A model generated the notes under the pieces. The model searched no databases. It was not told where the DNA came from and saw only the letters and a program-made list of their open reading frames with translations. From contig CAWGPD010000004.1 in the NCBI GenBank assembly GCA_963824385.1, forward strand, positions 384,001 through 448,000: a stretch of DNA of 64,000 nt, given 5' to 3'. How positions within the stretch are numbered: position 1 is the first letter of the stretch; every line of letters starts with the position of its first letter. The DNA comes from an uncultured Nitrososphaerota archaeon (GTDB lineage: Archaea; Thermoproteota; Nitrososphaeria; Nitrososphaerales; Nitrosopumilaceae). Shown here piece by piece: positions 51,397 through 62,900 of the stretch. The position numbers were made by a program, and so were the translations under genes.

Positions 51397-52613
51397 TTAG
51401 AGTTTTGGACTAAATCTCAGTCCAGTCTTTGCTGAAACTGCAATTATTGATACAATTGCAATTGCAAGAACTAGAGCTGACGATTGGGCCAAATTCTGGT
51501 ACTGCTGCATTACCTGCTGGTGCTATGGTACTGGTTATTGCTTGACCATTGAAGGTCACTGTAGCAAGTCCATCCATGTCTACCTTCTTAATGGAATCTG
51601 GTAATGGCACATACAACAACCCTGAAGCATATTGTTGACCATCATTAACTATCCAGGTGATGAAATTTATCACCTCGGTTGCCTTGTCCTGCGTTTCCCC
51701 CTTAATTGTACTCATGTCTTGATATATCATGACATAAGTCAATGTGGATATTGGGTACGAGTTACTTCCTGGTTGGTTAACAATTGATACTTTACTCCAG
51801 TCTCCGTTTGATGCTGGCAAGTTTGAACCAGCTGCTGCGGCGTCCGCTGCAACACTGTCAAGAGTTGGCTCTACAAATGCAGTTCCATCCGCATTTTGGA
51901 CAAATGCGTATGTCATATTGCTTTGATAAACATATGCAAGTTCTACATAGCCTACAGCGTATGGTGTAGTTTTTACTATGTTAGCAACACCTTCATTTCC
52001 TTTTCCTCCAGTACCAACTGGCCAAGGGACTGACTTTCCTTTACCTATTTTAGTATTCCAATCAGGACTGATTTTGGAAAGATAGTCAGTAAAAGCATAT
52101 GTTGTTCCAGAACCATCAGATCGGTGAGATACTACAATATTTTGACTTGGTAGAGTTGTTCCCGGATTGAGGTTTGCTATTGCAGGATCATTCCATGAGG
52201 TTATGTTGCCCATGAAGATCTGTGCAATTACAGGTCCTGTAAGTTTTAGGCCTTTATCAATTCCAGGAAGGTTATATGCAATTGTTATTCCCCCTATTGA
52301 ATCTGGAATGGTAAGTACTCCTGGTGCATTTTGTTGATCAGTTGTTGATAATGGTGCATCAGATGCTGCAAAATCCACATTCTTTGCTTCTAAGAGACTT
52401 TATTCCTGCTCCACTTCCAAGTGACTGGTAGTTGAGTTGGATGTTCTGGTAGATTTTGTTGTATTGAACTCTCCATGTATCCATTATTGGAAACACGAAT
52501 GTTGAACCTGCTCCTGTTATCGTATAACTTGTCTGTGCAAGCACCGGTAATGACATTGCTGGCACTATTAGAATTAGCATAAATGCTAATCCCAGAATGA
52601 CTTTGTTTGTCAT
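51397..52613 (-). CDS. pstS: Phosphate ABC transporter substrate-binding protein, copy 2, with PEFG-CTERM anchor (apparent frameshifts near 52390 and 51478)
   Basis: GAGSTF, GSGAG, DFAASD, RSDGSGTT; C-terminal AVPEFG plus TM helix after frame correction. Confidence 0.92.
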
Positions 52614-52673
52614 GTAAACTGTGCAAAAAATATCATATTTACCTTTGCCTACCATAGTTTTCATGTTAATATG

Positions 52674-52689
52674 AAATCTATATAGATTT
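52674..52689. promoter_or_regulatory. Perfect 16-bp palindrome AAATCTATATAGATTT upstream of pstS copy 2
   Basis: Core CTATATAG recurs at other phosphate-island promoters. Confidence 0.55.
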
Positions 52690-52722
52690 GACCTAGTGAA
52701 ATAATTTTTATAAATTAAACTA

Positions 52723-53346
52723 CTAATAGGTTCTCGTACCAGTTACAATATAGTTTACCGAGTCACCTACGAATGCCGCATGGTCTGCCATTCTCTCCAT
52801 ATATCTTAGAACCAAGGCATCAGCAAGAGCACATTTTACATTACCAAGCATTATCAACATTGGCAGGTGTTTGTTATAATATTTATCAACAAGATCTTCA
52901 TCAGTTCGCAATTCATGAGCCTTATTAAGATCAAGGGTTGCAAAACATTCTACAGCAAGTTTGACCATCTGTTTAATTTCACCAGATAAAGTATAGATTA
53001 CTTCATTCTTACATTCAGTGAGATCTCCAAAAGTTTCACGAACCATTGTTATGTCATATGCATATCTACTCAATCGTGTAAATCCATATGAAATCTCAAG
53101 TGAGGAACGAATAAGCCTAAAGTCACTTGCAACAGGCTGATACCTAAGAATCATTTCAAATGTCAAATCACCAACTTTGTCATACAAATTCATCATTTGA
53201 CTAGAGAGTTCATGAACCTGTTTTCTAGCATTTTGTCCACCCAAGTAAGAGTCGATTGCAAGATTTGCAGATTGGATAGACAAGTCTGACATTTGTTTCA
53301 TCATTTCAGATAAATTTTGTAAATGTGGATCTATAAGACGTGTCAT
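52723..53346 (-). CDS. phoU: Phosphate transport regulator PhoU
   Basis: YQPVASDFR, YMERMADHA; follows pstB. Confidence 0.92.
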   Translation of the reverse strand: MTRLIDPHLQNLSEMMKQMSDLSIQSANLAIDSYLGGQNARKQVHELSSQMMNLYDKVGDLTFEMILRYQPVASDFRLIRSSLEISYGFTRLSRYAYDITMVRETFGDLTECKNEVIYTLSGEIKQMVKLAVECFATLDLNKAHELRTDEDLVDKYYNKHLPMLIMLGNVKCALADALVLRYMERMADHAAFVGDSVNYIVTGTRTY

Positions 53347-54159
53347 TATCCAAAATGGCCTTGAACATACTTTGCGGTTAACTCATTTCTGGGATTTTCA
53401 AATATTTGTTTTGTTTCTCCAAATTCAACCAAGTCTCCAAGATACATAAAGCCAGTATAGTCAGAAACTCTGGTTGCTTGTTGCATATTGTGTGTCACAA
53501 TAATTATCGTGTATTCTTTTTTTAGTTCATGCATCATCTCTTCAATTTTCTGAGATGCTATAGGATCAAGAGCAGAAGTTGGTTCATCCATTAAAAGAAC
53601 TTCTGGTTGAATAGCAAGTGCTCTAGCAATACACAAACGCTGTTGTTGTCCTCCAGAAAGACCCATTCCTGGTTTTTTCAGATCTCCTTTTACTTCCTCC
53701 CAAAGTGATGCCATCTTAAGACATCCTTCCACCACTTCGTCAAGTATCTTTTTATCTCTGACTCCATTTAGTTTTAGACCACATGCAACATTATCGTAAA
53801 TGGACATTGTAGGGAAAGGATTTGGTTTTTGAAATACCATTCCTATTTTTCTTCGATTTATAATAGGATCTACTTTGGTAGAGTAAAGGTCCTCACCATC
53901 AAGCATAACTTTTCCTGTCAGTGTAGCATTCTTTGTAAGCTCATGCATTCTGTTTAAACATCTAAGAAATGTTGTCTTTCCACATCCAGAAGGTCCTATA
54001 AGAGTCTGTAACTGCCCTGTCTCGAAACTTCATTGATACATTCTTTACAGTTGCTATACCGTCATAGCTTGCAGTAATATCTTCTGCAATGAGTTTGTAT
54101 TTTACATCTTCAGTTGAAATCCCCTTTACAGGAGTTCTTGTAGTTGCTGTCTCCATCAT
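53346..54159 (-). CDS. pstB: Phosphate ABC transporter ATPase (apparent frameshift near 54005)
   Basis: GPSGCGKTT after frame correction, [25 protein letters not shown]. Confidence 0.95.
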
Positions 54160-55076
54160 GATACAGCTCTCTTTCTCTTGAACCTTAAAAATGTTTTTTC
54201 TTTATTTCTCAAAAATATATACCTCACACCAATATTTATTGAAAGAACCATGATTATCAAAATAAATGCTGCCCCCCATCCTTGAGTCACTGCACTGTCA
54301 TATGGGAGTGATGAGAGTCTCCATATCCTAAGCGGAAGTGCGTCAATTGGTCCATTAAAGTCTGATATGAAGTCGCTGCTACCAAGAATTGTGAATATAA
54401 GAGGTGCTGTTTCACCAGATATTCTTGCAACTGCTAACAAAATTCCAGTTACAAGACCATTTTTTGCACCACTGAGTACAATAGTAAAAACTACTCTATA
54501 TCTCCTAATTCCTAAAGCATATCCAGCTTCCCTATATGTGACAGGTACTAATTTGAGTGATTCTTCGGTTGTTCTCATTATTATTGGCAACATAACAATA
54601 GAAAGTGCAAATGAACCAGCCCAGACAGAAAAGTTCCCTACTGTTAAAACAATTAAAACAAATGCAAACACACCAATTACAATTGTTGGAAATTCTGCAA
54701 GTACGTCATTGAAAAATCTAACTGTCCTACCATATCTATTGTTACCATATTCTGAGAGAAATATTCCACCCATCACACCAACCGGAACTCCAATTAGACT
54801 AGACATTCCAATAAGCACCAAAGTTCCTTGAATAGCAGGACCAATTCCTCCTGGGTCATCACTTCCTACAGCTCCAGGTACTTCAGTGAGAAATTCCCAT
54901 GTTAACGCAGGTGCTCCATTACTAAAGACATTGACTAAGATAGCCAGCAGTGGGACAATGGCAACTATCACACATGAAAAGACGATACACTTAACAATTT
55001 TGTCCAGTACAAGTCTCCTACCTACGTTATAACGAAAATGTTTTCTAAATTCAGCTCTTTGTTCAGGAGTAATCAT
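54156..55076 (-). CDS. pstA: Phosphate ABC transporter permease PstA
   Basis: PTIVIG, EESLKLVP..YREA..ALG, ARISGETAPL. Confidence 0.95.
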   Translation of the reverse strand: MITPEQRAEFRKHFRYNVGRRLVLDKIVKCIVFSCVIVAIVPLLAILVNVFSNGAPALTWEFLTEVPGAVGSDDPGGIGPAIQGTLVLIGMSSLIGVPVGVMGGIFLSEYGNNRYGRTVRFFNDVLAEFPTIVIGVFAFVLIVLTVGNFSVWAGSFALSIVMLPIIMRTTEESLKLVPVTYREAGYALGIRRYRVVFTIVLSGAKNGLVTGILLAVARISGETAPLIFTILGSSDFISDFNGPIDALPLRIWRLSSLPYDSAVTQGWGAAFILIIMVLSINIGVRYIFLRNKEKTFLRFKRKRAVS

Positions 55077-56041
55077 GCCAGTACTGCTCCCTCGTGAGAC
55101 TTTACTACTCTAGCAACAAGAAGATGTGCAATTACATTGATGGTAAAGGCCATAAGGAAAAGAATTAGTCCAATACCAATAAGAGCTGCTAAATGAAGAC
55201 CACCTTGAGAGGCCTCAGCAAATTCATTTGCCATTATAGTAGCCAATGTTTGGCTAGGTTGGAATAATGAGGTTGGAATTGCAGCTGCTCCAGTTGCGTT
55301 TCCTATCAACATTGTAACTGCCATTGTCTCACCCACAGCTCTTCCAAGACCCAATATTGTAGCACCAATTAATCCAGATTTAGAATATGGCAATACTGCA
55401 AGTCTGAAAGCTTCCCATTTTGTAGCTCCAAGCATATATGCCGCTTCACGCTGACTATTTGGAACTGCCAACATAATCTCTTTTGAAATAGAAGCAATGG
55501 TAGGAATTATCATAATGGCTAAAATAATACTTGCTGTAAGAATATCTAGTCCAAAAGGAGTTCCTGCAAATATTATGCTCTTGTCTCCAAAGAAGTTATG
55601 AAGTGGAGTCTCTATCCAGTCTTGGATATAAAATCTGAATACAAGCAAGCCCCACAATCCATACACTACACTTGGAATAGCTGCAAGAAGCTCTATGATC
55701 ATAGAAAGAGGGGTCCTCAATAACCTAGGGGAAAGTTCAGAAAGAAACATGCCAATTCCAAAGCTTAGAGGTACTGCTATTAGCATGGCAATTCCAGCGT
55801 TAACTATAGTACCCATTATGTAAGGAAATGCACCATAAGATTCTCTGTCTTCAACAGAGTTCCAGTCAGAGCCTGTAAGAAATGATATTCCCTCTTGCTG
55901 CCAAACTTGTGCTGAACCGGTTACAAGATTAATTACAATCATTGCAATAACTACAAGAACATACGTGGCTGCCGCTAAGGCAACAATTTTAAAAATTTTA
56001 TCTACATGAGGTGACCCTTTATTCATTTTAATGGTCATCAT
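55073..56041 (-). CDS. pstC: Phosphate ABC transporter permease PstC
   Basis: ELLAAIPSVVYGLWG, EAAYMLGATKWE, GRAVGETMAV. Confidence 0.95.
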   Translation of the reverse strand: MMTIKMNKGSPHVDKIFKIVALAAATYVLVVIAMIVINLVTGSAQVWQQEGISFLTGSDWNSVEDRESYGAFPYIMGTIVNAGIAMLIAVPLSFGIGMFLSELSPRLLRTPLSMIIELLAAIPSVVYGLWGLLVFRFYIQDWIETPLHNFFGDKSIIFAGTPFGLDILTASIILAIMIIPTIASISKEIMLAVPNSQREAAYMLGATKWEAFRLAVLPYSKSGLIGATILGLGRAVGETMAVTMLIGNATGAAAIPTSLFQPSQTLATIMANEFAEASQGGLHLAALIGIGLILFLMAFTINVIAHLLVARVVKSHEGAVLA

Positions 56042-56100
56042 TACATATTTTCAAGACATTAGATTAGATATCAGAGGATCGACCATGATTTCTTAAATCT

Positions 56101-56135
56101 CATAGTTCAATATAGAACTATATAGTCATATATAG
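56101..56135. promoter_or_regulatory. Four (C/T)ATAG repeats phased at exactly 10 bp between divergent pstC and regulator
   Basis: catag 56101, tatag 56111, 56121, 56131; includes palindrome ACTATATAGT at 56117-56126. Confidence 0.55.
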
Positions 56136-56180
56136 AAATAGGGGGCAAGTGCTTTAATTATAGGATATATAATAAAATCA

Positions 56181-57233
56181 TTGTCCGAAGTACTAAACGA
56201 TAGAGAGGTTCGAAAACTACAACTTGTTGGGGGATCCACGTATGTTCTATCTCTTCCCAAAAAATGGGTCGATGAGCTGAAACTAAAGACAGGAGATTCT
56301 GTTTCAATAATTAAAAATGTCAACAAATCGCTTTCAATATTACCAACGACAAACACTTCAAGTCCAAAGCTTTCAAAATCAAAGACAGTCATTAGTCAAA
56401 AAGATAGTGTAGAATCAGTTCAAAGAAAGATCATTGCAATGTATCTATCAGGTTATCAGATTATAGAAATTCATGCAAAAGGAGGAAGAATTCAATTAGA
56501 ACACAAACAGGCAATAAGAGATCTTGTAAGAAAAAACATGATCGGAACTGAAATTGTAGAGTCTACACCCGAATCACTTACAATTCAGGTTTTAACCAGC
56601 CTTCCAGAACTTTCAATTAGTGATGCCCTCAAGAGGATGTTTTTACTCACGTCAACAATGCATAGACAGGCAATTGATGCCCTAAAAGAAATGGATGTGG
56701 AGTTAGGAGAAGAGATTACTCATCTAGATGATGAAGTAGATAGATTCAGTCTATACATACTTAGAAATTTAACACTTGCAGTTGAACATGAAAAGATCCT
56801 TCGAGATGTAGGACTCAAAAAACCATCAGATTGTATTAGTTATAGAATAGTGGTAAAATCAATTGAAAGAATTGCAGATCATGCAGTATCAATTGCAAGT
56901 AGGATAAAATTTTTAAAATCAACTTTGGAACCTGCGTTGATACAAAAGATAACTCGCCTAAGTGAAGAATCACTCAAAGTTTTCGAGGACTCTATTTTGG
57001 CATTAAATAAGAGAGACTATGCACTTGCAGATAGTGTTGCAACCAATGCGTGCAGGATAACTGAAAAAGAAAAAGAGTTTACAGATAGCCTTGAGGAATC
57101 AAAGAAATACTCTAGTGTGATCAAGTTTGTCTTAGAAGATATTCGTAGAACTGCAGAATATTCTAGTGACATTGCAGAAGCTGTAATTAATGAAACCGTT
57201 CAGGATGTAATTTCTGAGAACATATCTCCATAA
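56181..57233 (+). CDS. Archaeal phosphate uptake regulator (AbrB-like DNA-binding domain plus PhoU repeats)
   Basis: RKLQLVGGSTYVLSLPKKW, DDEVDRF, ERIADHA. Confidence 0.92.
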   Translation: MSEVLNDREVRKLQLVGGSTYVLSLPKKWVDELKLKTGDSVSIIKNVNKSLSILPTTNTSSPKLSKSKTVISQKDSVESVQRKIIAMYLSGYQIIEIHAKGGRIQLEHKQAIRDLVRKNMIGTEIVESTPESLTIQVLTSLPELSISDALKRMFLLTSTMHRQAIDALKEMDVELGEEITHLDDEVDRFSLYILRNLTLAVEHEKILRDVGLKKPSDCISYRIVVKSIERIADHAVSIASRIKFLKSTLEPALIQKITRLSEESLKVFEDSILALNKRDYALADSVATNACRITEKEKEFTDSLEESKKYSSVIKFVLEDIRRTAEYSSDIAEAVINETVQDVISENISP

Positions 57234-57317
57234 CAAGAAAACAAACACGTTTTATCTATATAGATCACTTGTCCTATATAGAGCAGGTATTTATCTATGA
57301 ATCTTATGAGACCCAAT

Positions 57318-57950
57318 ATGGCAAAATGGTTGTCTTGGATAAAATCAAATGACAAAGAAATTATTGCAATATTAAATGATTCTGCAGGCAAAGCAGAAGA
57401 GTCTGCAAAACTGCTAGTTGATTTATTTGCAAACTTTGATAAATTAAATGAGAATCATGCTGAAATTGAAAAACTAGAAAAAGAAGCAGACAAACTTACA
57501 CATTCCATTTTTGAAGAATTAAACAAGACATTCATTACCCCTCTAGACAGAGAAGATATTTCCAGGATTGCATCAAAGACAGATGATATCATAGATTACA
57601 TTGATGGAATAGTGGGAAGAATAATTGGTTTTAAAATAAAATCTCCTCCACCATACATGCTTGAAATGGCAAAAGAAATTCACAATTCCACAAAGGAAAT
57701 TAATTTAATGATTACAAGATTAAACAAAGTAAAGGCAGACAAATCACTAATTGAACACTGCCGGGTAGTAAATGAACAAGAGCACAACGTTGACGCTATT
57801 TTTCGTAAAGCCATAGGAGAATTATTTGAGACAACGGATGTTATTAATATTATAAAAATGAAAGATACCTATGAAGCACTTGAGAACGCTTCAGATAGAT
57901 GCCTTGATGTAACTGATTCCATAGAGGACATTGTTCTCAAATACACATAG
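57318..57950 (+). CDS. DUF47 (PhoU-like) PiT accessory protein
   Basis: EKEADKL, TFITPLDREDI, LENASDRC; upstream of pit; alternative start 57297. Confidence 0.9.
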   Translation: MAKWLSWIKSNDKEIIAILNDSAGKAEESAKLLVDLFANFDKLNENHAEIEKLEKEADKLTHSIFEELNKTFITPLDREDISRIASKTDDIIDYIDGIVGRIIGFKIKSPPPYMLEMAKEIHNSTKEINLMITRLNKVKADKSLIEHCRVVNEQEHNVDAIFRKAIGELFETTDVINIIKMKDTYEALENASDRCLDVTDSIEDIVLKYT

Positions 57951-57959
57951 GTATTTTCT

Positions 57960-58951
57960 ATGATTGAATTAGCCATAGGTGCGATTGTAGCAGCACTAGT
58001 TTTTGATTTCCTTAACGGATTCCATGATGCAGCAAATTCCGTTGCAACTGTAATAGGCACTAGAATTCTAAGACCACTTCACGCTGTATCAATAGCAGCA
58101 GCTGCCAATTTTATTGGTCCATTTCTCTTCGGAGTTGCAGTTGCAACAACAGTGGGAAAAGGAATCATCAATCCAGATTTTGTTACACTCAATATAATCA
58201 TCGGGGCTCTTGTTGGCGGCATAGTATGGGATATTTTCACATGGCTGCTTGGTTTGCCTACATCAAGTAGTCATGCATTGGTAGGTGGAATTATAGGCGC
58301 TGGAATAGCAGGAGCTGGAACCAAGGTAATAGTGATTGACGGGATACAAAAAGTTGTCATGGGAATTCTGGTCTCCCCCATTGCAGGTTTTGCAGCAGCA
58401 TTTGTAACTGGATTAGCGATAATGATGATATTTGCAAAAGCAAAACCTCATGCGGTAAACTCTGCGTTTGGAAAGCTGCAATTAGTTTCTGCTACATATT
58501 TTTCATTAACCCACGGAGCAAATGATGGACAAAAAACAATGGGAGTCATTGCTTTGATTTTACTAACTCAGGGAGTAATTACAAAATTTAGTGTTCCATA
58601 CTATGTGATCATAATGGCTGCATTAGTGTATAAGCCTTGGAACATTTTTTGGAGGATGGCGCATAGTAAAGACAATGGCAGTAAAGATTACTCAGCTTAG
58701 ACCATACCAAGGTTTTGCTGCAGAAACAAGTGCAGCTGACAATACTTGCAACTCTTGCATGGTTCGGAATTCCAGCAAGTACAACTCATGCCATATCTGG
58801 AAGCATAATGGGAGTAGGTGCAGTAAGAAGAATGTCAGCAGTAAGATGGGGCATAGGAAAAAGGATCGTATGGGCATGGATTATAACAATACCTGCTAGT
58901 GCGGCAGTATCATTTGTAATTATGCTACTCATAAAAGTAATATCACATTAA
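57960..58951 (+). CDS. pit: Inorganic phosphate transporter, PiT family (apparent frameshifts near 58628 and 58738)
   Basis: NGFHDAANS, PTSSSHA, HGANDGQK, PASTTH. Confidence 0.93.
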
Positions 58952-59068
58952 TTATAAAATTTCAATCATACCATAATCAGACATTTAATTAAAGTCAGTA
59001 TACAATTATCAAATTCTTTTCGTATCATAAAATAAACAGATCATAACTTAAAAGAACAGGGTATTATT

Positions 59069-59882
59069 ATGAATATAATGAAAGAAACTTTAGATTTTGA
59101 CAAGAAATTATTCTTCAAAAAATTTGAAAAAATTCAAGAGAAATTTTATCAGCAATTACAAGATTACATAAAAAAGCCAAGTGATGAAAATATCCATGAT
59201 ATTAGAGTTGCAATTAGACGTTTAGAGACAGCTTACAAAATTTTGCCAAAGAATTTGAGGAAAAAAGAAAAAAATACAAATTATGTAAAACAAGTTAAAA
59301 CACTTTTTAAATTAAATGCAAAGATAAGGGATTATGATATAATATGTGCAAAAATGGAATCCAAGTATAAAGACCAAACATATGATTTGGTAGTTATTCT
59401 AAAAAATGCCAGAATTGAAAAACTTCATAGTGCTAATGAAATTGCATTAAAAATCCTACATGCATCTACTCCCAAGATCTCTGTCCAACATGATAAAAGA
59501 ATCAAAATTGAATAAGAGATATTTCAAAATATTGGGCAAAATAGAATTGGACATTCAAAAAAATACAATTATTGCACTTGGAGATGAGAAAAAAATAGAA
59601 GAGCTGCATATGCTAAGAAAAGATTTTAAAAAATTACGATACTCATTTGAATTAGCATCAAGTAAAGGAAAAACAGTCCAAATCCTCAAAAATTTAAAAG
59701 AAATTCAAGATATGCTTGGCGATGTTCATGATAGTGACATAATTATCGATAATCTTAGAAGTATTGAACAAAATTCAAAATATTTAGACATCATAGAATC
59801 TGAAGTTTTAGAAAGGAGAAAAAAATACAATGCGTTTGTAGATGCCTTTAAGAAAATAAAACCAAAGGCAGGATATTTCTAA
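59069..59882 (+). CDS. CHAD-domain polyphosphate-binding protein (apparent frameshift near 59482)
   Basis: IHDIRVAIRRL, RDYDI, LHMLRKDFKKLRY, QDMLGDVHD. Confidence 0.9.
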
Positions 59883-61403
59883 CTATAATTCAAGGATGGA
59901 GCTTTGTGGACTTCCCAGATAGGGACGAGTTGAGAGAATAACTTTAACATCAAATACAATCTCAAACTTTTTCAAGGCATCTTTGAGTAAAAATTTCTGA
60001 GTAGAACGTGATTGGGTGATGGTGATTTCTATTATTCTTGTCCCATGTTGTTTTAATTCAATCTTTGACTTGGTTCTTTCAAGAATCTTTCTTAGAGTAA
60101 TCAATGCGGAGATTTTCTTCATAGATATCTTATCTTGTTGAGATAGAATTGTTCTGTATCGGGCAAATAACCAGTCGGATGTCTTAGTATGTCTTGCATG
60201 TACTAGAGAAAGTCCTAAGACTAGTTGATCATTATGATCAAGCGGAATATCTTCATCCATGATTGAATAAAACACACTCTGTGGACTACTAAATGATGAT
60301 TTCTCTGACATTATTTTTTCAGCATAATCAAGTATCTTTCGTCTCTCTTTTAGAAATGAGTTTGATAGATAAAGAGTGTTAAGAAAAGATTCTTTTTCCA
60401 GAACTTGTGATACGTGGTTCATCAAGACCGATTGTTTTTCTAATTTGTTCAGCAGTAAGGTATCCATCATGATACGCCTTTGGATCTTCCAAGAATATTG
60501 AAAGTGCTCCCTCTCTGAGTCCATGGTTACTTACATACAAATCTGAAAAATCGTATTTTTCCATCAATGTCTCAATTACATAAGAGCCTGCAATAATTGT
60601 CTCAGATCTACTAGAACCCAAGACTGAGATCTTTGAAATATCATCCGAACTCATTTTTGACAACCCACTAATTGTAGAATCAAGAGATTTACGACTAATT
60701 TTGTAATTATGAATTTTATCCAATGGATATAATGAAACTCTTTGCTCATATCTAGCCAAGGCACGCAATGCACCACCAACCCCAACAAGCTTTACATCTC
60801 GACTCATGCCCAAATCTTTTTTGCTAGGAAGAAGATTCCAGATGTGTCGTTTTAGGTCCTTGAGATTTTTTTCAGTGAATTTACCTCTTCTGCCATCAAA
60901 TTGATGTGTCAATCGTAGAGCTCCGAGAGGTAATGAGATTACTTTTTTTATCTTGAATCGTTCTGCGTAAACAATCTCCAAGCTACCACCTCCAATGTCA
61001 AAAAATAATGAATCGGGAATATGAAGTGATTTTATTGCACCCACATATGAGTACAGAGCTTCCTCTCGTTCAGATAGAACTTTGAAATTAAATCCAGTTT
61101 CTTTAGAAACAACATTTAGAAAGTTTTCCTTGTTACGTGCCTCTCTTACTGCACTAGTAGCAATAGGTAGGACTGATTTTATAGGATTTAATTGAATTAT
61201 ATCTCTAAAAACTTGTAGTGTATCTATTGCTCTTGACATGGGTTTTTTTCCCAATTTGCCTTTTTCGTCAAGTCCTTCTCCTAGTCTTACTTTGATTCCT
61301 TCTTGCTGATAAACATCAAACGAATCATCATCTTTGACATTATAGATGACCAATTTAGCAGAGTTAAAACCAAGATCGATTACAGATATTTTCAGTTAAA
61401 CAT
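59883..61403 (-). CDS. ppx: Exopolyphosphatase Ppx/GppA family (uncertain start; apparent frameshift near 60415)
   Basis: VIDLGFNS, ATSAVREA, EEA, DIGGGSLE, LPLGALRL, GLREG. Confidence 0.92.
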
Positions 61404-61487
61404 TACCTACTTTTTTACTAACATGAACTATTAATCTACTTCTGATTTACATTTTTTCACTAAATGAAAAACATAGGAAACGTAAAC

Positions 61488-61986
61488 CTACGATATTTTC
61501 TTCAAAAGTTTTGGAGTAAGCAACCATCTTAGATCTCCTTTGAGTTTAGGCAGTATAGCCAGTACTCTTATCCTAGCTAGTCCAGCTCTTCTTTAGATCT
61601 ATTCTACAATCAGATTGAGATATAGATTCACTAATCATTTGGCTCAGATATGGTTCATGACCCACTACAAGCACTACAGATTCTCGTTTTAACTTTGACA
61701 AGGCAGAGTAAAATTCTAGTCTGCTTCCTTCAGGTTTCAAGGCATCTAATTCTTCGATTTTACCTTTGTATTTGAGAGATTTTGCTACAAGTTCAGCTGT
61801 ATTTTTGGCTCGTAAGAGAGGACTAGTAAGGATATAATCCAATTTCACTTCCAAGAATTTTAGACCATTTGATAGATCTAGAATCTCTTGACGTCCATCA
61901 GGGGTAAGTGTTCTCTTAAAATCCCCCGATGATGGAGATCGTTTTCCCGCGTCACCGTGTCGTAGCACTAACAGATCCATAGACAA
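61488..61986 (-). CDS. sixA: Phosphohistidine phosphatase SixA (apparent frameshift near 61588)
   Basis: RHG, R.LT..G, SPLLRA, VGHEP; corrected tail KKAGLA...LRWLLTP. Confidence 0.9.
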
Positions 61987-62225
61987 GTCATCAGTTTTTC
62001 AAATATTTATGAGTTAAAGAAGGTTTGGCGTTACAACCATAATGTAGATTTGAAATGAAATTGCAAACCGTCTACACCATGAATTATTATTTTTTTTAGT
62101 GTTACATTTACTATATAGATCATAGTCATTAATTGATGAAATTTTACAAACCGCATGATAGATGGAAAAATGGCAGTAAAACCTAAAATTGCCGTCATGT
62201 CACAAAGTAACTCGAGATAAGAAAA

Positions 62226-62897
62226 ATGGAAAAAAGAGGAAAACTAATCATAGTTGAAGGCATAGACGGTTCAGGAAAATCAACTCAACTTCATCTTTTA
62301 GAAAAGTGGCTTGCATTCAAGGGTGTCAATGTTTTCAAGTCAGAATGGAATTCTTCTGAAATGGTAAAAGAGATCACATCCAAGGGGAAAAAGAAAGGAT
62401 TACTCACTCCAACTACGTTTAGTTTATTGCATGCTACAGACTTTGCAGATAGATATGAAAGAAATATCTCACCATTGTTAAGAGCAGGCTATTTTGTATT
62501 AGCAGATAGATTTGTCTACACTGCATTTGCAAGAGACATTGTAAGAGGTTGTAATCCTGCATGGGTAAAGAAAGTGTATGATTTTGCAGTCAAACCAGAT
62601 GTTGCGTTTTACTTTAAAGTTCCAGTAGACATTGCAGTTGATAGAATTCTCATTGGTAGACCCAAGCTAAAGTATTACGAAGCTGGAATGGATATGAACT
62701 TGAGTAATGACCCATATGAGAGTTATAGAATTTTTCAAGGAAGAATAATTGAGCAATATGACTCACTTGCAGAAAGTGAGGGGTTTACCATAATAGATGG
62801 AACACTAAACATTGAAGAACAACAAAATATGGTAAGAAAAAATATCATGCCACTTTTAGAAGACATGAAACCAACCAGGACGAGGGCAAGGAGATAA
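62226..62897 (+). CDS. Thymidylate-kinase-fold P-loop protein A (candidate polyphosphate kinase subunit)
   Basis: EGIDGSGKST, LADRFVYT, KPD, YYEAGMD. Confidence 0.8.
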   Translation: MEKRGKLIIVEGIDGSGKSTQLHLLEKWLAFKGVNVFKSEWNSSEMVKEITSKGKKKGLLTPTTFSLLHATDFADRYERNISPLLRAGYFVLADRFVYTAFARDIVRGCNPAWVKKVYDFAVKPDVAFYFKVPVDIAVDRILIGRPKLKYYEAGMDMNLSNDPYESYRIFQGRIIEQYDSLAESEGFTIIDGTLNIEEQQNMVRKNIMPLLEDMKPTRTRARR

Positions 62898-62900
62898 GAC

